A stretch of 64,000 bases of DNA from the human T2T-CHM13v2.0 reference genome, Homo sapiens: assembly GCF_009914755.1 (NCBI RefSeq), contig NC_060929.1. One strand, written 5' to 3'. The notes below the pieces were generated by a model, which was not told the origin of the DNA, ran no database searches, and worked only from the letters and a program-made list of their open reading frames with translations. Positions 1-14,693 of the stretch are shown piece after piece. A program made the position numbers and the translations under genes. Position 1 is the stretch's first letter; every line of letters begins with the position of its first letter.

Positions 1-529
1 GACAATGTGCTCAGTGCCTTATAGCATTTATCCCAAAAAAGTTCTTTTCAGTGTGTTTGTGTGTGTACTTGTGTGTAGGATGTAACTATGTATATCCTTA
101 AAAACTTTTCCTTTGGCTTAAGTAATGATTCTTTCTCATTTGCATCAATTTGAGCAATTTATATTAGCTTGGCTTAATTGTGAACTGCTCCACACAGACT
201 TCTATAACAGTGATGTCTCCTAGCTCTGGAATTAACTTCCATATATTTTCTATACCATTAATTTGCTATTTAACAAACACTATTTTATGATATCTGTTAT
301 AACTGTTACTCTTTTATTGCTCAACTTTTCTTGAATATTATGTCTTGTTTCCCAAGGTAGATTACAAGCTTTTTTAGTGAAAGGATTACATAGACATTTT
401 TCTTAGTCTCTTCTAGAGAAGTGTGTATGTGCAAGGTGGGTTTTTGACTATTTGGGTGAATATGTTTAAAGTCAGTAACTCTACGCCAAGACATCAATGT
501 AGACTTAATTTCTTAATTAAAATGTTATA

Positions 530-680
530 ATAATAGCTATCTATTGCATTCTTGGTAGGCACCATGATAAAGTCTTAAAAACCTTATTAGTTTGGTATTA
601 TTGGCTCTGTTTTATGGAGGCAAAAAAAAAAAAAGCCTGAGGCTTGAAAAGTTTTTTGGCCAAGTCACACATAAGTTGCA
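530..680 (-). mobile_element. MIR SINE fragment
   Basis: Degenerate reverse MIR core (tttatggagg...ctgaggct...ccaagtcacac); boundaries approximate. Confidence 0.45.
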
Positions 681-1217
681 AAGTGAGTGTGGACTTTAAT
701 ATTAAAAACACCAATAATAGGCATTAATAATTGTGTGGAAAGTATAACTGAAAAGATAAAATAATTCCTAACCAGGAGGGTAAGTCATCCAGAACACAAC
801 AAATAGTATCATGAAGAGGATTTAAATACAGGTGTTGTAAGTCTCCATCCTCAGATAAATGTGAATACTAATAGACTCATTATTCTGAGTGCCGACAGCA
901 GTGCTTTAGCTATTCTCAACTTTTTAAATATAACATTTCCTCTTCTACAATTACCTATCTTGAAAGGATGAATTAATTCTTTCAAAAACCTGGCGACCAG
1001 AGTCATAAAAAAAGAATGTTGGAATTAGAAGAGATTTAAAAAATTACTTGGCCTAACCTATGCATTATCAAATGAGAGATATACACACAGAACGAGATTT
1101 GCTCAAGTACATACTACCCAAAAATATTAGAATCAGTACAAGCTTTTCCATATAATAAAATAAAATAATAAAACCATTTTATTCTTAGGAAATTACTACA
1201 GTTTATTTTAGATAGCC

Positions 1218-1582
1218 TGATATGGTTTAGCTCCCAAATCTCATCTGAAATTGTAATCCCCACATGTTGGGGGAAGGATCTAGTGGGAGGTGATTGGATC
1301 ATTGGGGGCGGATTTCCCCCTTGCTGTTCTTGTGATAGTGAGGGTGTTCTCACAAGATATGATCGTTTAAAAATGCGTGACACTTCCCTGCCTCCTTCTG
1401 CTCTGCTACAGTAAGACGTGCTTGCTTCCCCTTTGCCTTCCACCATGACTGTAAGTTTCCTGAGGCTTCCTAGTCACGCTTCCTGTACAGCCTATGGAAA
1501 CATGAGTCAATTAAACTTCTTTTCTTCATAAATTACCCAGCCTCAGGAAGTTCCTTATAGCAGTGTGAGAACGAGCTAAGCA
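1218..1582 (+). mobile_element. MaLR solo LTR (MSTA/THE1D-like)
   Basis: Begins TGATATGGTTT, contains cccaaatctcat..gaaattgtaatcccc and gggaggtgattggatcat, ends ataaattacccag...gagaacgagctaagca. Confidence 0.9.
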
Positions 1583-1949
1583 TGCTGGGACCTCATCTCT
1601 TGATTGAGAGAGAACAAATGCAAATAGTTGTCAGCAGAGAATTCTTGATCCTGATTGACAATGGTAGTTCTCTACATTGATCTGAGCTAGCTGGATGGAG
1701 GAAGATATGGTAGATGATGCTCATAATAATAAAATGATGCAGGAAATATATAGTTCCTAGATTCTAGTAAATATAACTGAACTCTTCAAGAAAAGGAATT
1801 GTATTTTGCCGGGTTTGATTTTCCAGCAAACAGCTAAGTGCATAACACTTGTTGCTGAAAGGAATAGTGGAGGTTTTCTTTCTGCTTCTGATCCAATTGT
1901 CATTTGATGATTATTTTCTACCTGTCATGCCCTGTGCCTTGACTCTCAT

Positions 1950-2160
1950 CTATATTAATCTCATTTAATTCCCACTAAAAGAGAACAAAACAAAATCACG
2001 AGCACAAAATCCCCAAAAAACCTTTTGAGATAAGTATCATTCTCATTTCACAGATAAGGATGCAGATGTAGAGATGGTAATTTTCAGTACCCGCAATTAG
2101 TAAAACAGATGCTAAAATACATGATTCAAATTCCAGAACGCTTTATGTTACACTGCTTCC
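1950..2160 (-). mobile_element. MIR SINE fragment
   Basis: ctcatttaat...catttcacagataagga...gattcaaattccag resembles reverse MIR. Confidence 0.55.
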
Positions 2161-2872
2161 TCTCTCACACTGTCTGTTAAAAGTACTTGTATTTGAAGCT
2201 GTTTGAGCAAACATCATGTCATTGATCCTAATATTGTATGTTTGTTACAGTGAATACAATGTTATGACCATCTTAGCAGGAGGTAGCTATTGAAGATGAT
2301 AACAATGTTAGGAGCTAATTTTTGAACAGACATACTAGACCTAAGCAAAAAAACAAGTATTGCCCCTCTCTGGGAGGTGGTACTATTCAGTCTTGGAAAA
2401 GCCACAGAGTCATTAAAATATCAACAAAATGAAACATTGCTTTTCCCTTTACAAAACAGTCATAGACATTGATAAAGCCCAGTGCTATGCCAGGAGAACC
2501 GAGCTACATAATAAAAGATCAATGCTGAAGGAAATGTATGGTGCTGAAAGGATAAACAGTATTCCAGTATTGACTCTGACCGAGTTTCCTTTATCTCTAT
2601 GAAACCAGATATATGACAGATGCTCAACATGCTGGGAGATGAAACCTGTATCTAATTATAAAAACAGCAAAAATTAATAACCAAATTTCCTATGTTCTCT
2701 TCCTGTTTCACAGGCTAGGCAGCAAGGACACCTGAAGAGGACAAGATTTTTTTTCAAACTTTTAATCTTGGACTGCAATTATCAGATTAAATGATTATTA
2801 TGAATTTTCTCTATTTTAAAAAAAGACTCAAATATAGCTTTATTTAAGAGTATCAGAAATGTGTATAGAAAA

Positions 2873-2962
2873 AATATTCTAAGAGGTTTGTAGAAAGCAA
2901 TTCAATATTCATTACCAACTAATATTCTGAAGAGTTTGTAGAAAGCCATCCAATATTCATTA
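2873..2962. repeat. Diverged tandem duplication, period 48
   Basis: aatattctaagaggtttgtagaaagcaattcaatattcatta vs aatattctgaagagtttgtagaaagccatccaatattcatta. Confidence 0.85.
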
Positions 2963-5075
2963 AAGCCTGTGGCTGATTTCACTCTTCTTTGACATAGCTG
3001 TGTTTTCAGTGATTAACTTTAGTCTTTTCCTTAAATTAATTAGCTATCTTAGTAAATGTTAATGAAAAAATGAAAATAACTTGATTAGACAGCTATAGAG
3101 ATCTATGTAACATACTATGCGTCCTGACTTTTGAGAGTAGATACAAAAGCAGCACAAATTGGGTTAATTTAAACTCAAACAAAAGGTCAGTTTGCAGAAA
3201 GTAAAGACCTGTGTGACCTCTTGTTCAAATCCTGGAAGCTATAAATCCTACTAAATTACTTAGGGCTTTGTTAAACAGGCCCAACAAAAGATAACCAACA
3301 TTGTAATTATTGTTCAGTGATGGACTGAATAATAAGCCTGGTTTCTATTTGTCAAAGCAACAGACCTTAAGTCATTTGTAGAGCTATTCTAATGAATAGT
3401 GGAAGGCTGTGGGTTACATAAGCAATTAAAGAAAAATCATAAAAACCAAACACCTAGAATTGCTAAAACCTTAAAAGTATCCATCAAGCGTTGTGAAAGT
3501 CAAGCTTGCAAGGGTAAATAAAATGCAAAATACAAGAACAAAATCTATTTAGGTTTCACAATCTCCAGTGTCTCATTTTTATCAAAAGTTCAGCCAAATA
3601 AAGAAGAAATTTAAAAACCTGTAGGACTCCAAACCACAAGTTAAATGACCTTGGGTTTTTGTTGTGAAGTATCTCAAAAAAGGCAGCAGGATGTTCTGTA
3701 AACCAAAAGTTTTAAAATCTTGGTAACATTTTATGGCGTTTTAAAAGTACTTTTAAAAAAAAATAACAATTAACAAATGACTGGAAGAAAATCCTATCCT
3801 TAACTATTTTAAGACGTATTTTGTGTTTTATTTCTCATGCAACATATAATGCAAAGTGTTTTATAAATGCCCTTAAAATTGACTATTATTTTGAAGTGCT
3901 ATATTTCTTGAAAGAGTGCTGATTACTTCTAATCATTAATAGAAATAATTTTGAAAATACATTTTTATTGAATTCTAACATTTAATACTGCCCAATTATT
4001 GACAATATGTATTTCCTTTGTAAATGAAAATTAGAGAAGCCTTCAGCTAACAATTATTATTTTCTAAATCTATTTGTTATTGATTTAAAAATTACAAATG
4101 AGAAGATAAAATGACACCTTTTGAAAAGAATTGGAGTCCCTCTTGAAATGTAAACTGCTTATTTTTTGGTCTGCAGGTCTATGTTTGAATGTCAAAACTC
4201 TGTGTTTTTGGCTTTGTATGATAATTTATATGAATAGTTTTGAGTGGGCAGTCTCCAAGGTTATAGAGATCTTGTATAATTATTCTATTGGAAAAATTTT
4301 ATAAACACAGAGCAAAATGTCAAACCCTCCGGTATATTCCTACAACATGAATTCAAGAGAAAAGAGTGTCATTGTGAAGTAAAAATACTGTCAGCTGACC
4401 TGTGGGGTTTGGTTTGGTTTTATGTGAATCTAAAGAAAAAAGAAGCTTTCTATCGTAAATGTGGAAGCCACTGAAACCTCCTGGTTTTGGCATTTTCACC
4501 AGGACTCAAATGTCTGGCAAACGCAACATTCTTTTTCTAAGAAAAGGGGTTTACAAAGTTCAGAAAACCTTGGACATCAAATAGCTCTTATGAAACAACA
4601 TTTTGATGATTTAAGTATAAATGAATGAGAAACATATGATTAAATTTCTCTTAAAATACACATGGGTTTAAAAATTAAGGGCAAAAGTCCTTAGCAAAAT
4701 GAGTTTTTAGTTTTACAGAATCTATTTGAAAAATAGTGCAAGTTGTTTGACAAATCCAAGGTACGGCTGGATTCTTCACTATTTTGTTGGTAGCACCAAT
4801 CAGTTCTGACATCAGACACTGTGGGTTTCTGTCTCTTTCAAGAGGTGAGTCAGATGTATTCTTGACATTGTAGTATAATCATCAGCAAGGTGGGTGCACC
4901 AATCACTAAGGTCTAATAGTTCAGATTCTATGTTAAATCATCGAATGCTCTGTTTACATCTGCATTTTACAATCGTTCATTCCAGGAAACCAGAAAGAGC
5001 TCCCAAATATTTGAAGACAGATCTAATCTCCCCCTACTTTTGCAAAATTCAGAAGTGCTAGTTAGATAAAATGCT

Positions 5076-5245
5076 AATGTTTTCCAAAGTGTGGAATGCA
5101 GACTATCTATGTCAAAAATACTAAAAATGCAGACTCCTAGTCCTTTTCTCAGATTTGCCATACCTAAATCTCTAGAGGCAGAGCTGAGAACTTCCATATT
5201 ATACAATCTCTGATTCGTATGCCCTCTACAACATTGAGAATCACA
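5076..5245. mobile_element. MER5-type hAT-Charlie MITE
   Basis: tttccaaagtgtgg...aaaaatgcagactcctag...aaatctct...ttgagaatcac layout typical of MER5A/B. Confidence 0.65.
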
Positions 5246-5334
5246 TTTCTAATATATGAGGTGAGTACTATTAGATTTCACCAGGAGAGGGCCAAGATCA
5301 TTTTCTGTGGATGACTTGAATGTCACTTTGGTTC

Positions 5335-5450
5335 AATTTCTAGATTGAAAGATCCCCATGGGCAGGAACTGTCTCCGCTCATGCTTACCAATGCATCTCC
5401 AGCCCTGGATCAGTCATACAGTAGGCTCTTGATAGTTGATCAAATTAAAA
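5335..5450 (+). mobile_element. L2 3' end fragment
   Basis: ctagattgaaagatccccatgggcagga...catctccagc...cagtaggctct matches the L2 3' terminus. Confidence 0.6.
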
Positions 5451-6391
5451 AAAAAAGAGGTACACATTTTTCTTTAAAACTTTTGCATGCAATAACATAT
5501 TTTAAAATATTTCAGGTCTAAAACAGACCTGACAGATACTAAATATTCCTCTATTCAACACTTTATTTTCTATCTGATTTTACTATTGGCTCTGAACATG
5601 TAAATGAAGGAACATTTAAATAACTTTGTATACCAGAATTACAAAGAAATAACAACATATTATGGACTTTGTCTAAGTAATATCAATCCACCTAAATTGA
5701 AGCCTCTTTTCTAAATCTCATGAATAATTCTGTCAGGAGAGTAAATGGTAAATCCAGGACACAGTATCTTTACACAGTTACTTGCTTAATGACTCCCTGT
5801 CTGTATCTGGTGTCACAGGAACAAGCAGAAAGTTTATCCCTGGAAGGTGATACTATGAAAGAAAAATAAGTGATGAATCACAATCAGTTAAAAATTTATG
5901 CCAAAAGATACAAAGAAATGTAATGACAGGAGAAAAAAATACCTTAACATATGTAATTATTATTAGAAGTATTCTTCTAAGTATAAAAGTTGCACATGTA
6001 CTCTTTTTCTGTTTATAAAAGAAACTTCATGTTTGCTTAGTTTGGTGACCATCCCCATCATAACACCTCGAGTTGTCAATTTGTTTCTATGTTTACACAC
6101 ACCGGTATACATATCATACAGATGTATTTTTAAATTATATTAAAACTTGAATATATAACTATAACTTTATTTTTTCCAGTTAATCCAATAGTGATATTTT
6201 CCTGTTAGCAAATATTTCTTTTTTTAATGATTACAAAATAGCTCATCTAAATTACTTAACTGTCCCCATGTTTTTAGACATCTAGGTCACTTAGCAGTTT
6301 TACCATTATAAAAAAGGTTCTCTCTTAATTATTGGCATGTATTTTTAAGTACATCCCTAATTATTAACTTAGGAGGGACTCAATATAGAAC

Positions 6392-6600
6392 TGATAATGA
6401 GAGTGAATATATATTGAGCATTTTCTATTGGTCTGACCCTGAGCTAAACCCTTTGTAAGTATTAGCTCATTTATCTCTCACAAAATACCTATGAAGTAGG
6501 TATAAGTTACTATCTTACGTTCTCAGGGTCAAGAAGCTAGTAAGGGGTAAAGTCAGAGTTTGAACCCAGGATTGGCCCTTTCCAAGGCCTGTGCTCTTCA
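6392..6600 (-). mobile_element. MIR SINE
   Basis: tattgagcatt...tattagctcattt...cctatgaagtagg...gctagtaag...tttgaacccagg. Confidence 0.75.
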
Positions 6601-7421
6601 TCTCAATGAAATTAGTGTGTCAAAGAATGTTTGAACTATTTTAAGGTTTAATACTGAGTGGCTGTGCCAAAAAGCTGTGCCAATTTGAACATCTTGTAAG
6701 AATCAGTAGTGTTAATTGGTTTGACAGAAAAATAAAAATGTAAATGTTTATAACATACATGAAAATATTTTAACTTCTATATCTTTCTCATTAAGGCAGC
6801 TGAATATTGCTGTTTATATATTTATTTCCATTTCCATTTCTGTAAAATCTTTTTCGGCTTTTGCTTTTTAGAAAAACTCACAGTCCTTTTCTTTATTGAT
6901 TTAAAAAAACTTCATTTTTTCCATTTTGGCATTTGTCTTTAATTTTGCATATATTTTTGATTTACAGAAGAATTCATTTTTATGAAAAAAAGAAATATTG
7001 ATGTCCTGTGCGCTATTTGGGGGGTGGGGTTATGTTTAATAAGCAAATCCCTTTTCATGTGCACCTAAAGTTATAATTTTATTTTGTTTTCATTCTTCAT
7101 ATTTAACTCTCTACTTCATCTGGATTTTCTTTTGCTGTCTGAGAACCATTTGCTAAATATTAATTTATTCCTCATTATTTTGGATTAATTAATATGCATT
7201 TTATAGACTTTCTGTGTATAAAAGAGTATATAATCAGCAAATAGCATTTTATTTCTCCTTTCCAAGTTTTGTTTCAATTTTTCTTTCTTTTCTGCTTGCA
7301 CTAAGACTTCAGATGCAACAGGCAACTGAAGTAACAGTAGCGAGTGTCTTCATCTTGTTCCTTAGTTTGATGCTTCTTACTGGAGAATACTTCTAACAGC
7401 AGCACGTTTCTAACATTTTTG

Positions 7422-7545
7422 AATTTATTTGTTTATTCTTATAATAAATATTTATTGAGCAACAATTACTTGTTCACTCTTATTTTAAATACTTGAGATA
7501 TACTTAATGAACAAAATTCCCAGCCTTGAGGAACTTATAGTATGA
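7422..7545 (-). mobile_element. L2 3' end fragment
   Basis: aataaatatttattgagca...ccagccttgaggaacttatag. Confidence 0.55.
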
Positions 7546-8135
7546 TTATTGTAGATTATTTTTAGCATTTCCAAGGTAAACACAACTGGGTCACAACATA
7601 TTTCTTATTTACACAAAATTAATTATTGATAATATTTTGATAATTATGAGTGAGACAGGTCTGTAATTTTCTTTCATATTTTAATTTCAATATCTAATTT
7701 TGTTATTATATTGGCTTTATAGAATGGAATAAGGAGGATTCCTTTTTATTTTTTCTGTAAGAAGTTATATTAGAAAAATGTGTTCCTTGAAAGTTTGGTA
7801 GAACTCACTTATAAAGCAATTTGGGCAAGATATTTTCTTTGTGGGAAGACTTAAAATTATGGATTCACTTTTATGGTTATCAGACTACTCAGCATTTCCA
7901 TTTTTAAAAAATCAGTTTTATTCCCTTCATTTATTTCAAATCTATTGCTGTAGATTTACTGATAGTATTCATCTTTATTTTTGTAAAAAAGTTTAGTGTT
8001 TGTTTACTCTTTCATTCTTAACATTGATACCTCTGTTTTTTGTTTCTTTTTTTTTTGATTAATCACAAAAGAGGTTTATCTAAATTGTAAATTTTAAAAA
8101 TCAACCCATTTGATTAAATTTATTATTACAAGTAC

Positions 8136-8474
<339 letters not shown>

Positions 8475-9214
8475 TAATTTTACTGCTGATATCTATTTTC
8501 TCTCCCAATCTTTTGGAGTTTCATTTTCTTCTAATATTCTGAGGTTTCTTATGTTGTTCTTACTCTATTCTAGCTCCTTAGCCCATTAATTTTTGGAGTT
8601 TTAATTTATTATTTTATAATAAGTATATAAGGCCACACATTATTCTTGAAGTACTGCTTTTAGACATCCCATTATTTTGATATGCAAGTTTTCATTACTT
8701 TTTAATTCTACATAGTATTCTAAAATTTCTATGTAATTTTTTCTTTGAACCATAGCTATTTATGTTTTTAAATATAAAATGTTTTATAGTATCAACCTTA
8801 TTATGTTGCAGGTAGAAAAAATCTCTGTAGACTACCTCTTCACTGAAATTAGTTAAAATTTTTTTAGTGTCCAGTATGTGATACATTTTTATAAATACTC
8901 CATGTATGCTTGAAAATAATGTTTATTTTCTAATTGTTGTTAGGTGTAGAATTTTCTATGTGACCAACAGATCAACCTTTTTGAGTTGTTCAAATATTCT
9001 CTATTTTTGTTGAATTATTTTTTAACATATCATTAATTTAGAAGTTTCCTAGTTCTGTAATTATTAATATGAATATCTTTTTTCTCATTATAATCTCATT
9101 AATTTTGTTTATATATTTAGAGTATATGTTATTATGCAGGTATGTATTTATAATTATTTTATCTTTCTAGTAATTCATTCTTTAATTGTTTGGAAAGATC
9201 CTCCTTAACTTGCC

Positions 9215-9330
9215 TTTGTAACTCTCTCAAATTCTGCCCTATATGTCTCTTCCTTGGCTGACTTTAATGTATCCTTTCCCCATAATAGCCCGTGACTCTG
9301 AGTATACGTTCTCAGTGAGTTCTGAGTCCT
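9215..9330 (+). mobile_element. ERVL-type LTR fragment (MER21-like)
   Basis: ccttggctgactttaatgtatcc...ataatagcc..tgagtata...tgagttctgagtcct. Confidence 0.5.
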
Positions 9331-9558
9331 TGGTGTATGGATGCATAACTCTAATCTCTGACTCTGTCTTCATATCCCTTTCTTCCCTGTGACTCTGTGT
9401 GTCAAATCTCCTGCTTTTTTCTTATAAGGCAAAATATTAGTGCCCACCCTAAATCCAGGATGATCTCATCTTGCGATACTTAGTTTAATTACATTTGCAA
9501 AGCAAGTAGTTGGAATTTGGATATATCTTTTTAGGGCTTGCTATTCAATCCATTATAG
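9331..9558 (-). mobile_element. MLT1 MaLR LTR fragment
   Basis: cttataagg...gcccaccctaaatccaggatgatctcatc...taattacatttgcaaag...tattcaatccatta. Confidence 0.75.
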
Positions 9559-9559
9559 C

Positions 9560-10836
9560 ATTTCAGTTTGGGACATTTCTATTGACCTATCTCTATGCAC
9601 ACTGATTCTTTCTTTGGATGTGTTCTCTATATAATGATCCCATTGAAGGTATTCTTCCTTTCTGTATTTTGATAAACCTCATTGTGTTTTAATTTTTTAT
9701 TAGAGTTTATCTCTCTGATTATATTACTCTCTGTTCCTGCATATTGCCTTCTTTTTTCATTAAAGCCTTCAAATATTACCATGTTAACTAACATATTAAT
9801 CATAGTGATTATATGTTCTTTTCTGATAATTTATAATCTGTATGATATAGGAGTTTGGTTCTAATGCTTGCCTTCTATTCTCTATTCAGAATGTGTTTTT
9901 TCTTGCCTTTTAGTATGCCTTGTAAACACGCCCTTAATGAGGTTTTATTTTAATCTGGCTAAGAGTTAAGCTGTGTTTAATATTTGCTGTAGCTGTGGGT
10001 GCCAGATGCTCCAAATTCTTCTAGCATACTTGTTTTTGTCTCTCCTGTTGTCTTTGGACTTCCCTAAGTACTCCTCCTGATAGAGTCTGCATTTTGAAGT
10101 TCTTTCAGCTGTAACCTTCTGTTTTTACTAGAGTTCTGTTGGTTAGTGATATGGTGTGGTGAAGGAGCAGCATTTTATAATCATCTGATTAAAGCTGTGT
10201 TTTAGTGGGCCTGGTCTTTGATTTTCAATGTTTCTTAAATTTCTCCTTTCTCCTTTTTTTAGGTGAGGCAGAAAAACTAGAGAAGGCTAGAGTTGGAAAA
10301 ATTTCCTCCCCATGAGTGGATAAGGCTCTGGTAAATTATTTGCCTAGCAAATGTCACTTTATTAAGGAGAAGGCTCTGGACATATTTCACAGTGGTTACT
10401 CTTCTCCTCCCCACTGTCAGAGCCACAGGAGATCTTTCTCAGCTTTTTCACTATGAAAAACTGGTGAATAAAACTCTACAAAGTGGAAACAAAACCCACA
10501 ATAGAGTGAGCACTCCCCTAAGACTGTGTTCTGCAGGAATTTCTTCTCCTCAAGTTAGTCCACATTTCATCTCCAGCAATTCATCAAAATTACCACTTAA
10601 GTGTCCGTATGAGTTTTATGGCCCTACTGGCTTATTTGCTAGATGAACAGATCTTAGATGTGATTCTGAATTTGCCTGTCTCTCCAGATTTGGGGAAGGT
10701 GGTTTGCCTTTAAAATTCAGTTCTCTTATGGGTCCAAGAAAAGCTGATTATTTAATTTGTTCAGCTTTTTCTAGTTGTAAGGACAGGCATGATGGCATTA
10801 AAGCTCTTTACATGTTAGAGCTGAAACAGAAATCCA
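9560..10836 (-). mobile_element. Old L1 (L1MC/L1MD-type) ORF1 start and 5'UTR
   Basis: Shares motifs with 54780-56419 (agcaattcatcaa, tgttcagcttttt); ends gagctgaaacagaaatcc, a typical reversed L1M 5' terminus. Confidence 0.7.
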
Positions 10837-11555
10837 GTTTTTTTTCTTTTAAATATGTGCGTATTTATTTTTTGGTCCTAAATATGGTGTATTTATGTGA
10901 GTGTCCTGTACTCACTTGAAAATAATATGTGTTTTGCTACTCTTGGGTGGAAGCCTCTATAAATGTCAATGAGGTCACCTTGGTTGGTAATATTCTGTGG
11001 GTCTTTTATATCCTTGATAGATTTTTCTCTACATGTTTTTCATTAGTGAGAGAAACCCAACTATAACTGTGGACTTAGGTTACCATATTGTTATTTATTT
11101 TCTATTTCTTCTAATTTCTTTCTTTTGTGCATTTTTCTACTATCTTTTGGATTAATTGATAATCTTGATGATATATTTTTATCATTCTTGGCTTTTTAGT
11201 GGTACCTCTGTTTAAATTTTAGAGTGGTTGCTCTACTGTTTACAATATACACCTTTTAGTCAACACAGTCTACCTTCAACAATATTATTTTACCTTTAAT
11301 GTAAGAACTGTATATGCATATATTTCCATTTCCCTCATTCTGTGTACTTTTGTTGTCATTTATTTTACTCCTACATATATTATAATTCAATAATAATTTG
11401 TTCCTATTTTTGCTTTAGGTAGTTTATCTTCTAAAGTAATTAAAAATAAAGAACATACTTTATATTTACTCTAATTTTAATCATTTTCAGGGCTCTTTGT
11501 TTCTTTGTGTAAATCCAAATTTGAAATCTCTCCTTTTTATGTACTTAAGAGAGAT

Positions 11556-11847
11556 TTGTTGTTGTTGTTGAGATGGGCCCTCGCTCTGTTGCCAGGCTGG
11601 AGTGCAGTGGCGCGATCTTGACTCACTGCAGCCTCTGCCTCCAGGTTCAAGCGATTCTCCTGCCTCAGCCTCATGAGTTGCTGGGACTACAGTCATGAGC
11701 CACCACACCCAGCTAATTTTTGTATTTTTAGTAGAGATGGGGATTCACCATGTTGGCCAGGATGGCCTCGATCTCTTGACCTCATGATCTGCCCACCTCG
11801 GCCTCCCAAAGTGCTGGGATTACAGGCATGAGCTACCGCACCTGGCC
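11556..11847 (-). mobile_element. AluSc-like
   Basis: tgttgccagg and gatctcttgacctcatgatc diagnostics; TSD aagagagattt (11547-11557) / aagagagcttt (11848-11858); (TTG)n tail. Confidence 0.93.
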
Positions 11848-12120
11848 AAGAGAGCTTTTATTTTACCATCATTATTGAAAGATCTTTTTCTGGGTACGAT
11901 TTCTAGTTAGCTAAGTTTTTATTTTTTCCTTTTAGTGCTTTATTGTTTTCTGGCTTATACAGTTTCTCATGAGAAATGTACTTCAATTTAAAAAAATTAA
12001 GCTATTTGCCCTCAATGTGTTTAGTTGTTTTTGTTTTAAAATTTAAACTCTGGTTGGAGGTTTTAGAGCCATTTTGATCTGTGGCTTGTTTTCTATCATT
12101 AATACTGAAAATTATTGGCC

Positions 12121-12320
12121 TGGGCAACATAGTGAGACCCTGTCTCTACAATTTTTTTTTAAAAAATTAGCTGGGCATGGTAGCATGCACCTGTAGTCTC
12201 AGCTACTCAGGAGGCTGGGGTGGGAAGATTGCTTGAGCCAGGAGGTCGAGGCTGCAGTGATCCATGATTGCACCTCTGCCCTCTCGCCCGGGTGACAAAG
12301 TGAGACCCTGTCTTAAAAAA
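12121..12320 (+). mobile_element. 5'-truncated AluJ
   Basis: gcaacatagtgagaccc, gaggctgcagtg; TSD gaaaattattggcc (12107-12120) / gaaaattcctggcc (12321-12334). Confidence 0.9.
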
Positions 12321-12763
12321 GAAAATTCCTGGCCAGTATCTCCTCAAATATTTTTTGCCTTGTTATCTCTCCTCCTTCATAGATTCCAATTACACATATA
12401 TTAGACCATTTATATTGTCTCACAGGTTCAAATGCTCTTTTTCTTCACCCTTTTCTCCTTGTGTTTCAGTTTACACACTTTATACTGACTTATCAAGCTC
12501 GCCAATTCTTTGCTGGGCCATGACCAGTCTTCTGGGTAGACTGTCAAAGAGATTATCTCTGAGGCCACGTTTTTGCTTTTAGCATTTCCATCCACCTGTT
12601 TTATAGTTACACTGTTCTGCTAAAATTCATGCATGTTTTACACATTTACTCTAAATCTTTTATTATATTTAAAGTTATGATAAATTCCATGCCTTGTATT
12701 TCCAACATTCATTATCTCAGGTTGGGTTCTGTTGATTATTTTATCTCTTGACAACTTTTTTCT

Positions 12764-14693
<1,930 letters not shown>

